DNA of 64,000 nt, taken from an uncultured Burkholderiales bacterium (lineage in GTDB: Bacteria > Pseudomonadota > Gammaproteobacteria > Burkholderiales > Usitatibacteraceae). Position numbers and translations under genes: made by a program. The DNA is taken from positions 6,507 to 70,506 of the forward strand of contig CAMTWK010000026.1 in the NCBI GenBank assembly GCA_947085425.1. Reading direction: 5' to 3'. A model generated the notes under the pieces. That model was not told the origin of the DNA. It saw only the letters and a list, made by a program, of their open reading frames with translations, and searched no databases. This document shows positions 18,289 through 27,487 of the stretch, one piece after another. How positions within the stretch are numbered: the stretch's first letter is position 1; every line of letters begins with the position of its first letter.

Positions 18289-20321
18289 TCGGCCACCTGC
18301 CGCGCAAAATCGTCGCGTCTGTTGCCACTGCGGCCATTTGCTGGCGGTGTATTTGCGCCTGCCGGGGCACGAATTGGAATGCGATAACGTTTATCCCCAA
18401 TCGCAAAAATCCCTCCCAACGCCATCAAAATGCAGCCCGCCCATATCCAGTCAATAAATGGTTTGATGTAAATCCGCACACCCCAGGCACCGTCCGTGGC
18501 GTTCTCCACCGGCTCGCCCAGCGCCACATACAGATCACGCGTGAAACCGGAATCGATGGCGGCTTCGGTCATGGTTTGTCCGGAGGCAAAATAGGTGCGT
18601 TTTTCGGGCGATAGCCGCGTCACCACCTTGCCATTCTGGCTGACCTCAAAACGGCCTTTGACGGAGGAATAATTCGGCCCCGGCACATCACCGACGGACA
18701 CAAATTTGAACGTGTACCCCCCCTCGGTGACACTGCCGCCCGGTGCCATACGCACATCGCGCTCGGTCTCGTAGCCTCTGACCAGCGTGATGCCAATCAC
18801 CAACACCGCCATACCGACATGTGCGATGTGCATGGCGTAATAACTTGAACTATTACTGCGTAATTTTTGCCACAACCCGTCTCCCGCGGTCGCGCGGAGA
18901 CGATGCACAATGGCGGCAACCGAGGCGGCAATAATCCAGAACGCCAACAACAATCCCAGCGCCACCAGCAACGACCATTTGCCCATCACGAACGGAACAA
19001 CAATTGCACTCGCCACCGCCACGGCAAACGCCCACTTCAATCGCGTCCACAAATCCGGCAACGTCGCCCGTCGCCATGCCACCACCGGCCCGACCGCCAT
19101 CAAAAATAATGCCGGTGCCATCAACGGATAAAACACCGTATCAAAATACGGCGGACCGACGGAAATCTTGCCGAGTTTCAGGGCGTCAAGAAACAAGGGG
19201 TAGAGTGTGCCGAGCATCACCGCCAGCATCGCCACCACCAGCAAAACATTATTGGCGAGCAAAAACGATTCACGCGATATGCCGGCAAAGCCGCCGGGAA
19301 TCCTGGCCAGCCCCAGTTGCGGCGCGCGCCAGGCGTACAACGCCAGTGACGCGCCAATCACCACCACCAGAAAGGCGAGAATAAACGCACCGCGCGCCGG
19401 GTCGGTGGCAAAGGCATGCACACTGGTCAGTACGCCAGAGCGCACCAGAAACGTGCCCAACAGTGACATCGAAAACGCCATGATCGCCAGCAACACCGTC
19501 CAGCTTTTGAAGATGCCGCGTTTTTCGGTCACCGCCAGCGAGTGGATCAACGCCGTGCCGATTAACCACGGCATGAACGAGGCGTTTTCGACCGGATCCC
19601 AAAACCACCAGCCACCCCAGCCCAATTCGTAATAAGCCCAGGCACTGCCGAGGGCAATGCCGAGCGTCAGAAAAATCCACGCGGCGGTGGTCCACGGCCG
19701 CGACCAGCGCGCCCACGTCGCGTCAAGCTTGCCGCCGATCAGCGCCGCCACCGCAAACGCAAACGCCACCGAAAAACCGACATAACCCATATACAGCATC
19801 GGCGGATGGTAGATCATACCCATGTCCTGCAACAGGGGATTGAGGTCGCGCCCTTCGATTGCCGCCGGCCACACACGATCAAACGGGTTTGAGGTCATCA
19901 GCGTGAAAAGGAAAAACCCGATGGCAATCAGCCCCATCACCGCCAACACGCGCGCGATCACTTCCTGCGGCAAATTGCGGCTGAACACAGACACGGCATA
20001 AGTCCAGCCCGTGTGCATCACCAACCACAACAACAACGAGCCTTCATGGGAGCCCCACGACGCCGTGATCTTGTAATACACCGGCAGCTTGGTGTTGGAA
20101 TTCGCGACCACGTTTTTGACCGAAAAATCACTGGTGATAAAACTGTAGATCAGACAGGCAAAGGCGATCACCACAAACACAAATTGGCCGGCTGCCAAGG
20201 GTCGCGCCATCGCCATCCATTGACCGTTGTTGCGGAATGCACCAACCATCGGCACGGTGCCGAGCACAATGGCCAGACACAGGGCGATGATCAAAGAAAA
20301 GTGACCGAGTTCAGGAATCAT
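18285..20321 (-). CDS. ccmF: Cytochrome c haem lyase subunit CcmF
   Basis: 678-aa polytopic protein starting MIPELGHFSLIIALCLA, with the WWFWDPVENASFMPWL tryptophan-rich motif. Confidence 0.95.
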   Translation of the reverse strand: MIPELGHFSLIIALCLAIVLGTVPMVGAFRNNGQWMAMARPLAAGQFVFVVIAFACLIYSFITSDFSVKNVVANSNTKLPVYYKITASWGSHEGSLLLWLVMHTGWTYAVSVFSRNLPQEVIARVLAVMGLIAIGFFLFTLMTSNPFDRVWPAAIEGRDLNPLLQDMGMIYHPPMLYMGYVGFSVAFAFAVAALIGGKLDATWARWSRPWTTAAWIFLTLGIALGSAWAYYELGWGGWWFWDPVENASFMPWLIGTALIHSLAVTEKRGIFKSWTVLLAIMAFSMSLLGTFLVRSGVLTSVHAFATDPARGAFILAFLVVVIGASLALYAWRAPQLGLARIPGGFAGISRESFLLANNVLLVVAMLAVMLGTLYPLFLDALKLGKISVGPPYFDTVFYPLMAPALFLMAVGPVVAWRRATLPDLWTRLKWAFAVAVASAIVVPFVMGKWSLLVALGLLLAFWIIAASVAAIVHRLRATAGDGLWQKLRSNSSSYYAMHIAHVGMAVLVIGITLVRGYETERDVRMAPGGSVTEGGYTFKFVSVGDVPGPNYSSVKGRFEVSQNGKVVTRLSPEKRTYFASGQTMTEAAIDSGFTRDLYVALGEPVENATDGAWGVRIYIKPFIDWIWAGCILMALGGIFAIGDKRYRIPIRAPAGANTPPANGRSGNRRDDFARQVAE

Positions 20322-20350
20322 TTATATGTCCAAAAAAAACTGCAAAAACG

Positions 20351-20842
20351 TTATTGGCCCGGCGCCTGCGTGACCACCGACTTTTGTCCGGCAAAAATAT
20401 TGCCGTCGATCGGCTTGCCCGCTTGTTTCAGGGCTTCGGCGGCTTCCGGTGGCATGTAATTTTCGTCATGTTTTGCCAGTACTTCCGAGGCGCGAAAAAT
20501 GCCATCACCACCGATACGCCCCTGCGCCACCACACCCTTGCCCTCTTTGAACAGATCGGGCAGGATGCCGGTGTAGGTCACCGGAATTGTTTTGGCGGTG
20601 TCGGTAATACTAAAGCCCACGGTCAGCCCGTCGATTTGGCGTTTAACACTACCCGCCGTCACCAACCCACCAATTCGAAAGGTGCGCTCTTTTGGTGCCT
20701 GGTCATCAGCGACCTGCGTGGGCGTGAAGAAAAACACCCGGTTCTCGCGCAACGCGCCCACCACCAGTGTGGCGGCAATACCCAATATGGAAAGTCCGAT
20801 CAACACCCATAACACGCGTCTTTGCCTTGGTCTTAGTATCAT
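20351..20842 (-). CDS. ccmE: Haem chaperone CcmE
   Basis: 163 aa with an N-terminal anchor and an OB fold; [12 protein letters not shown] contains the haem-binding His. Confidence 0.9.
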   Translation of the reverse strand: MILRPRQRRVLWVLIGLSILGIAATLVVGALRENRVFFFTPTQVADDQAPKERTFRIGGLVTAGSVKRQIDGLTVGFSITDTAKTIPVTYTGILPDLFKEGKGVVAQGRIGGDGIFRASEVLAKHDENYMPPEAAEALKQAGKPIDGNIFAGQKSVVTQAPGQ

Positions 20843-21015
20843 GATTGTTCCGATATTTTTTGCACAATGATTTGCTCGCGAATTTCCGCCTGTGCACGAT
20901 GAATCCGCAACCGCACCAAAATAATTTCAAGAGTCACCGCGGCCAGGAATGCGCCAAACGAGCCCCAAACAAACAAACCGCGGCCACCCATCGAAAAAAA
21001 GTCCGCCCAATTCAT
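20839..21015 (-). CDS. ccmD: Haem exporter protein CcmD
   Basis: Lies in ORF 20839..21045(-). [34 protein letters not shown] begins at ATG 21015 and overlaps the ccmC stop (ATGA at 21015..21012). Confidence 0.85.
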   Translation of the reverse strand: MNWADFFSMGGRGLFVWGSFGAFLAAVTLEIILVRLRIHRAQAEIREQIIVQKISEQS

Positions 21016-21746
21016 ACGTTTGCCTCCTTGATTGTCCGCACCCACGCGTTGTTTTTTTCCCGCTCAAGGATGATGGCGCGCACCCGGCACAAGGCAATCG
21101 CAATCGCGTACATCCAACACGCCAATGCCATGATCAACATGGCCAACAGCATGGTCGCCGCCATTTTATTGCCCTGGCTGATCGATACCGAGGCCCCCTG
21201 ATGCAGGGTATTCCACCACTTCACCGAAAAATAAATGATCGGCACATTCACCGAACCGACCAGCACCAACAATGCACCGGCCTTGTCGGCGCGCTTTTTG
21301 TCTTCAATCGCATTGACCAAGGCAAGATAACCGACATACAAAAACAACAGGATCAGGGTTGAGGTCATGCGTGCATCCCACGCCCAATAAGTACCCCAGG
21401 TCGGCCTGCCCCACAACGCTCCGGTCCATAATGCCAGCGCCGTAAATATGGCGCCAGTAGGCGCCAGTGCTTCGATCATCATTGACGATAAGCGCGTTTG
21501 ATAGACCAGCGACAACACCGCATAACCGGCCATCACCAGATAAATGAACATCGCCATCCATGCAGTCGGCACATGGATAAAAATAATCCGATACACCTCT
21601 CCCTGCTGAAAATCTTCAGGGGCGACAAACAAACCCAAATAAAGTCCGGCCACACACAACAAACTTGCCAACGCGCCAAACCACGGCACCATTTTACCGG
21701 CCAGGGGATAAAACGACGAAGGAGCGGAATATTTAAACAGGCTCAT
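21012..21746 (-). CDS. ccmC: Haem exporter protein CcmC
   Basis: 244 aa with six TM helices and the WGTYWAWDARMTS tryptophan-rich motif. Confidence 0.95.
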   Translation of the reverse strand: MSLFKYSAPSSFYPLAGKMVPWFGALASLLCVAGLYLGLFVAPEDFQQGEVYRIIFIHVPTAWMAMFIYLVMAGYAVLSLVYQTRLSSMMIEALAPTGAIFTALALWTGALWGRPTWGTYWAWDARMTSTLILLFLYVGYLALVNAIEDKKRADKAGALLVLVGSVNVPIIYFSVKWWNTLHQGASVSISQGNKMAATMLLAMLIMALACWMYAIAIALCRVRAIILEREKNNAWVRTIKEANV

Positions 21747-21758
21747 GTTAATCCAGTC

Positions 21759-22466
21759 TTAATCCAAAGAAATTTTCACCGCTGCCGCAACCGCAAATGG
21801 CACTGCAACCATCCCCGACAGCGCCAGCGCCGCCAATAACGATAAATTTGCCGCCGCATCCAGACCGGTCATGGTGGACTCCACCGCACCCGCACCAAAA
21901 ATCAGCACCGGAATGTAAAGCGGCAAAACCAACAAGGCCATCAAAATTGAGCTCCCGCGCACCCCGAGCGTGAGTGCCGCGCCGATCGCGCCCAACATCG
22001 TCAAAACCGGGGTACCCAGTAATAGACCGGCAAACACCACCAACAGTTCCTTCGCATCCAGACCAAATTGCAAACCCATCAACGGCGACACCAACGCCAC
22101 CGGCAAGCCGGTGGTGAGCCAATGCGCAACCATTTTACCGCCACACAGCAATGGCAGTGGATAACGCGATAACACCAATTGTTCCAACGTGCCATCCAGA
22201 TAATCCTGCTGAAACAAGCGCGGCAGCGTCAGCAGCACGGCGAGCAAGGCGCACACCCACACCACACCGGGGGCAATTCGTTTCAGCAGCACGGTTTCCG
22301 GGCCGATTGCCAGTGGAAACAAACTCACCACGATGACAAAAAATACCAGCGCCTGCACCAGCTCGCCACGTGAACGCATGGCGAGTTTGATGTCGCGGGC
22401 GGCTGCGACCAGCAGTCCGCGCTCCGGAGTTTGCAATTCAAATTCAGCTGGCGTCTGGACTTTCAT
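21759..22466 (-). CDS. ccmB: Haem exporter permease CcmB
   Basis: 235-aa polytopic protein located between ccmA and ccmC; it contains LVFFVIVVSLFPLAIGPE. Confidence 0.9.
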   Translation of the reverse strand: MKVQTPAEFELQTPERGLLVAAARDIKLAMRSRGELVQALVFFVIVVSLFPLAIGPETVLLKRIAPGVVWVCALLAVLLTLPRLFQQDYLDGTLEQLVLSRYPLPLLCGGKMVAHWLTTGLPVALVSPLMGLQFGLDAKELLVVFAGLLLGTPVLTMLGAIGAALTLGVRGSSILMALLVLPLYIPVLIFGAGAVESTMTGLDAAANLSLLAALALSGMVAVPFAVAAAVKISLD

Positions 22467-23098
22467 CGCGTTATCTCCTGCATCACCAGTTCTTTGACCC
22501 GGCCTTGCAACGGCAGGGCCAAATGTGTGGCGATGACAGCGATACCGCCGCGCGTCAAATGGGCATCGACCGTTTGCAGCAGCAAAGCCACGCCGGCATC
22601 ATCAAGCGCGTTGGTCGGCTCATCGAGTAGCCACACCCTGCGGTCACTAAGTAACAGTCTGGCCATGCCGATGCGGCGCTTTTGCCCCTGTGACAATTTA
22701 CGGCCGATCACCTGTCTGCGGCCCAGCAAGCCGACCTGATTTAACGTTTCCAGCCGTACCGCAAGTGTGGTGTTGATGGTATCCAGCGCCAATTGATCGG
22801 CCAGATTTTCCTCGGCGCTGAGTTCGTCCTTTAACGCATTGGCATGGCCGACGTACAACACCGCCGCACGATGCAGCGGCGACAACATGGCCAATTTTTG
22901 GTCGTTGAGATAAACCTCCCCCCCGTCCGACGCGGCCAATCCGGCCAACAGCCGCAACAAACTGGTTTTACCCACGCCATTGGGACCGCGCAGAATCAAC
23001 GCCTCGCCGGGCAGCACCTCAAACGACAAGTCGGCAAATAAAAAACGTTCGCCGCGCTTAAGCGTGAGCGCAGCCGCGCGCAGCCGGGCGGCTGTCAC
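22463..23098 (-). CDS. ccmA: Cytochrome c biogenesis ABC ATPase CcmA
   Basis: 211 aa with Walker A GPNGVGKTS, signature LSQGQKRR and Walker B VWLLDEP. The GTG start overlaps the ccmI TAG by 1 nt. Confidence 0.9.
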   Translation of the reverse strand: MTAARLRAAALTLKRGERFLFADLSFEVLPGEALILRGPNGVGKTSLLRLLAGLAASDGGEVYLNDQKLAMLSPLHRAAVLYVGHANALKDELSAEENLADQLALDTINTTLAVRLETLNQVGLLGRRQVIGRKLSQGQKRRIGMARLLLSDRRVWLLDEPTNALDDAGVALLLQTVDAHLTRGGIAVIATHLALPLQGRVKELVMQEITR

Positions 23099-24486
23099 TA
23101 TGGGACAACCTTGTTGATGGTGATGTTCACCTTTGACGCCGACGGTTTGACGGCGGTACTCACACCAACAAAATCACCGGGCTTTAAGACTGCATCACCG
23201 GCTTTGGAAATGCGCGCCTCAATGGTCACCGACTCAAACGACGACAAACTCATACCCGATGTCATGGCCATGGCATCGGTTAATGAATAGGCATGCGGCC
23301 AAACCGCCGGTGCACCGATCCGTAACACCGCCAGCGGCATTTTCGGGCCATCGGTCGCGCGTGCCAATACAAACATGATGTCGCCTTTGGCCAGTTTCGC
23401 CTTGAGTTCCGGCGCGAGATCAATTTGCCCTGACACGGTTTTTCCGGCCGCAGCCGTCGCAGGACCTGGATCGGCAGGCGGTGCGGCGGCTGGCGCTGAT
23501 GGTGCGACAGGCGCGGGTGTGATGGCGGGCGCGGGGGCCTGCCGCGCGCTTTCCACCTGTGGCTGCTGCGGAAAAGCCGGTTGACCGGTTTTGATTTCGT
23601 TGATGATGGCAGTGACTTGTACAAAATCATCCGAATCCCTGGGCACCAACGATTTTAGTTTTTCCCAACTTTTGAGTGCCGCCGTTTTATTGCCGGCGCG
23701 CATGTCGGCGGTGCCGGCCAGGGCCAGCGCCTTCATATTGTTGCCGTCAATTTTTAATGCCTGCAAAATAAGTTGGCGTGGTTTGCCCTCAAATACGCCG
23801 TCTTGCAGCATCACCTCGGTATCGGCGTAATCAGCAAGCAACTGCGCATCATTGGGTGCAAGCGCGACCGCACGGGCAAAGGCTTTGGCCGCCAGGGCAT
23901 ATTGCCCGAGCGCGTTTTGCGAACGCGCCAACAGCACCCAACCCTTTGGATCGTTCGGGTTTTCTTCCATTTTCCGCGCCAAGTTTTCCACCAGCGCCAA
24001 CACTTGTTTATCCGACATGGCGGCATCGGCCGGAGTGGACGGCTCCGTCGCCGATGGTGACGTGGCCAGCATGGTGCCGGCGTGGCTCCCTTGGGCACCC
24101 TGGTAGCCTCCCCAATACATATAACCAAGGGTGGCACCCACCACGACAAACAACGACACAACAATTGCCAGCGTCCACGCCGGTTTCGCGGCATTATTTA
24201 CTGAAGGTGCAGGCCCATCCTGATCTTTCACTTCCAAGCTCACCTCGCCGACCATACGCGTGGCCAGCTCATCGAGGGCGCGATCACGCGCGGATTCGTC
24301 AATCAATCCGCGTTGAAACTCCGTTTCAATCTCCTGACTTTGCAAACGAAACGCGGCCAGATTGGCCGACTCGGTGGAAATGTCGCCCGCCACCACGTCT
24401 TGATCGGTAAAACGATGGCGCAATATCGGAAACAACACAAAAACCAGCGCCAGCAACAGCATGATGGAAGCAATCACATAAAACAT
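23098..24486 (-). CDS. ccmI: c-type cytochrome biogenesis protein CcmI (CycH-like, TPR)
   Basis: Lies in ORF 23098..24531(-), with ATG 24486 (MFYVIASIMLLLALVFVLFPIL). Two TM helices are followed by TPR repeats (GWVLLARSQNALGQYALAAKAFARAVALAPNDAQLL) and a Pro/Ala linker. It is unusually placed first in the operon. Confidence 0.8.
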   Translation of the reverse strand: MFYVIASIMLLLALVFVLFPILRHRFTDQDVVAGDISTESANLAAFRLQSQEIETEFQRGLIDESARDRALDELATRMVGEVSLEVKDQDGPAPSVNNAAKPAWTLAIVVSLFVVVGATLGYMYWGGYQGAQGSHAGTMLATSPSATEPSTPADAAMSDKQVLALVENLARKMEENPNDPKGWVLLARSQNALGQYALAAKAFARAVALAPNDAQLLADYADTEVMLQDGVFEGKPRQLILQALKIDGNNMKALALAGTADMRAGNKTAALKSWEKLKSLVPRDSDDFVQVTAIINEIKTGQPAFPQQPQVESARQAPAPAITPAPVAPSAPAAAPPADPGPATAAAGKTVSGQIDLAPELKAKLAKGDIMFVLARATDGPKMPLAVLRIGAPAVWPHAYSLTDAMAMTSGMSLSSFESVTIEARISKAGDAVLKPGDFVGVSTAVKPSASKVNITINKVVP

Positions 24487-24838
24487 AAGTTCAGGCCGAG
24501 AAAGAAATAGACTGACATTATAGCCAGCCACACTCTGTCAGGTTGAAATTTGCTGTCGGTCACCACATCGGCTTTTGTAACCGCCATGATTTGGCTGGTC
24601 GAAATTGCAAAATAATGACGCTTAACTTCAAATACCGCCATTTTTGGATAAACTAATCACGGCGCATGATTTACAAATTATAAAATTACGCCTCTGCTTC
24701 TTCGTATACAGATCCGGCCATTCAACTTTTTAAAAATCGTTCGTGCCGCTTGGAGCATCCGATCGGCTCTGCCAAGGATAGGCAATACAGTCAGCGTATG
24801 GTTTGTATGGTTTGCGCAGGTTGTGCCAAAAAAAACAA

Positions 24839-25678
24839 ATGCCCCATCAGACAGTTCTGGAATACCGGCACTACCGTTATTTAAAAATTGCGCTGCTGGT
24901 CATCGTCACCTCGATCGCCGCGTACGTGTTTCAAGACGCGCCGGTTGGTCGATACGGCGGTACGCCGGTGGGATATGCGTTGGGCATCGCCGCTGCCGCC
25001 GTCGTTTTTTGGCTGATGTGGTTCGGCGTGCGCAAACGTCAATACACCGGGTCCAAAACAACTTTACAAGGCTGGTTATCCGCCCACGTTTATTTGGGTG
25101 CGGCGCTGATTATTATCACCACCTTGCACGCTGCGTTTCAGGTGGGTTGGAATATTCATACGCTGGCGTATTTGTTGTTATTGATCGTTATCGCTTCCGG
25201 TTTTTTTGGCGTCTATGCCTACCTGCGATTTCCAACCATGCAGACCAATAACCTCGGTGATGAAACCCTCAACGCGGTGTTATTACGCATAGGTGACCTC
25301 GACAAAGAAGCGCAGCGGCTGGTCATGACCCTGCCCGACAAATTTAATCAAGCCGTACAGCAAAGTGTGCAGTACACACTTATCGGTGGCAGCGTACGCA
25401 ACCAATTACGACTCAAACATCCCGATTGCCCGACCAACAAAGCCATCCCCATTCTGGAAGACCAAACCAACAAAGCGGAATTGAACATCGAGCAGGCGCA
25501 GACCTTGCACGCGCTTTATAGCGTGATGTTACGCAAACAAAAAGCGGTCGTGCGCGCCCGCCGCGACATTCGCTTCCGGGCGATGATGCAAGTCTGGCTG
25601 TACGTGCATGTGCCGCTGTCATTTTGTTTATTGGCGGCGTTGATTGCGCACATCATCTCTGTGTTTTTTTACTGGTAA
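24839..25678 (+). CDS. Five-TM membrane protein with two H-x13-H pairs (putative di-haem b-type transmembrane electron carrier)
   Basis: Lies in ORF 24803..25678, with ATG 24839 (MPHQTVLEY). TM3 is SAHVYLGAALIIITTLHA (His83/His97) and TM5 is YVHVPLSFCLLAALIAHI (His257/His271). Each pair is spaced by exactly 13 residues, as in ferric-reductase/YedZ-type bis-haem helices. Confidence 0.6.
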   Translation: MPHQTVLEYRHYRYLKIALLVIVTSIAAYVFQDAPVGRYGGTPVGYALGIAAAAVVFWLMWFGVRKRQYTGSKTTLQGWLSAHVYLGAALIIITTLHAAFQVGWNIHTLAYLLLLIVIASGFFGVYAYLRFPTMQTNNLGDETLNAVLLRIGDLDKEAQRLVMTLPDKFNQAVQQSVQYTLIGGSVRNQLRLKHPDCPTNKAIPILEDQTNKAELNIEQAQTLHALYSVMLRKQKAVVRARRDIRFRAMMQVWLYVHVPLSFCLLAALIAHIISVFFYW

Positions 25679-25690
25679 GGCGGTGTTGAC

Positions 25691-27487
25691 GTGAAGCTAC
25701 TTCTCGCCCGTCTCAACCGCAATAAACAAGGACAGGTCGCCCGCACCGATGAAATTCTTGAGTCCGAGTCAATTCCGATCGGGCGCGGCAGTGACTGCAA
25801 ATTACATTTACCCGACCCGCGCGTGGCCTTACATCACGCCGTCATTCAGAAAGGCGCGGCCGACAGAATCAGCATTGACGCCACCCAGGGAGTGATTGCA
25901 ATTGATGGCCGGTCCGAGCGTGCATCGTTGCTCAAAACCGATCTGCTGATCAAACTTGGCCCCTACACTATCATCGTGTTGCCGACGCCGGACGATGTGG
26001 ATGTCGCCATATCGTTGGAATTGACCGAACCTTTGGCCGATCGCACCGAAGCAACCATACAAGCGCAAAAAATCGCCTCTGCCGGACTCGGCTCAACCTG
26101 GCTCTCCAAACGCCGGATGTCCTGGCTGCTTGCGGGCGTGGTTGCCCTGATTTTTATAATCTGGCCGATCTGGCATGTCGTGAATACCGACACCCATATA
26201 GTCGGCGAAAAAAAGCTCGCCAAGATCACCGCAGATGCGTCTTGGGATCCCGGTCCGCTTGATAGTGGTCATACCAGTTTTGGCCGCGATTGCATTCGCT
26301 GCCACCAAACGCCGTTTGTACAGGTCAAAAACGAAACCTGCGAATCCTGCCATAAATCCATCGGCTGGCATTTCGCATTGGAAACGGCGGCGGCCAAACA
26401 ACTGCACACCAACGTGTTTAGTACCGATGGCAGCGAGGGAAGATGTGCAGCTTGTCACCGTGACCACAAAGGCAAAAATGCACTGAAGCGACAAGATTCG
26501 CCCTTGTGCACAGATTGCCACCGCGATCTTAAAACCCGCCATAACGAGGTGGCCTCACCCAATATTGGCGACTTTAAGAAGGATCATCCGGCGTTTAAAT
26601 TGTCGATGCTGGTTGCAGGCAAAACCGGCAAAGACGCGGTCATACGGGTATCACAGAGCGACAAAAACAAACTGGTCGAAAAATCGAATTTGAAATTTCC
26701 GCACGATGTGCATCTGTCCGAAAATAATCGGGACGGTGTGCGCAGCCCGGGTGGCAAACGCGCCATGGAATGCAAAAATTGTCACGTGCCGGATGAAACC
26801 GGCACACGTTTTAAGCCGGTGACGATGAAAGAACATTGTCAGGATTGTCACTCACTTGAATTCGAACCAACGGCAACCAGCCGACAGGTGCCGCACGGCA
26901 AAGTTGATGATGTGATCGCGACCATCAATGAGTTTTATGCGCAAGCGGCCTTCATGGGCAAAACGATTGACCAGCCACCGTCAAAAATTTGGCGGCCGGG
27001 TGATGAGCCACGTACCGGTCCGGATAAAAATATCGCCTGGGTCAATCAAAAAGCCAAGGCCATCACCACCGAGATGATGGAAAAACGGGTTTGTTTTGCC
27101 TGCCATGAAATCACCCGTGTTGGTGTCGGTGCGGCACAATCATGGCATATCGCACCCATTGCCGTGACCAGACACTGGTTGCCGAAGTCCCGTTTCCCAC
27201 ATAGTCAGCACGCGACCTTTAGTTGCAAGAAGTGCCACGACGTTGAAAAGTCGCAAACCAGTGCGGATATTGCCATTCCGGATTTGGCCTCCTGCCAATC
27301 GTGTCACTCCGGCAATGTGCCCGAACAAGATAAAGCTCCCGGCAGCTGTGAAAGTTGTCACGGCTTTCACACCGGCGGCACCCGCGCCGGGGTACCGGTG
27401 GTACTACCCAAATTAAAAGATGTCGCCATTACCACCCGTTCCGGAGTGTTTAAACATCCAACCAGCACCCGTCCAGCGGCCAAATGA
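25691..27487 (+). CDS. FHA-like domain / single TM / periplasmic decahaem c-type cytochrome fusion
   Basis: 598 aa with a GTG start. Residues ~25-100 are FHA-like (IPIGRGSDCKLHLPDPRVALHHAVIQ...IDGRSE...IKLGPYTIIV). KRRM precedes the TM WLLAGVVALIFIIWPIWHVV. There are ten CxxCH: CIRCH, CESCH, CAACH, CTDCH, CKNCH, CQDCH, CFACH, CKKCH, CQSCH, CESCH. Confidence 0.85.
   Translation: MKLLLARLNRNKQGQVARTDEILESESIPIGRGSDCKLHLPDPRVALHHAVIQKGAADRISIDATQGVIAIDGRSERASLLKTDLLIKLGPYTIIVLPTPDDVDVAISLELTEPLADRTEATIQAQKIASAGLGSTWLSKRRMSWLLAGVVALIFIIWPIWHVVNTDTHIVGEKKLAKITADASWDPGPLDSGHTSFGRDCIRCHQTPFVQVKNETCESCHKSIGWHFALETAAAKQLHTNVFSTDGSEGRCAACHRDHKGKNALKRQDSPLCTDCHRDLKTRHNEVASPNIGDFKKDHPAFKLSMLVAGKTGKDAVIRVSQSDKNKLVEKSNLKFPHDVHLSENNRDGVRSPGGKRAMECKNCHVPDETGTRFKPVTMKEHCQDCHSLEFEPTATSRQVPHGKVDDVIATINEFYAQAAFMGKTIDQPPSKIWRPGDEPRTGPDKNIAWVNQKAKAITTEMMEKRVCFACHEITRVGVGAAQSWHIAPIAVTRHWLPKSRFPHSQHATFSCKKCHDVEKSQTSADIAIPDLASCQSCHSGNVPEQDKAPGSCESCHGFHTGGTRAGVPVVLPKLKDVAITTRSGVFKHPTSTRPAAK

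Noticed and set aside
24487-24838. Search for FNR/CRP (TTGAT-N4-ATCAA) or Fur boxes in the divergent ccm / multihaem promoter region
   Set aside because: Only weak partial matches were found (for example AATAATGA). Nothing was convincing enough to annotate.
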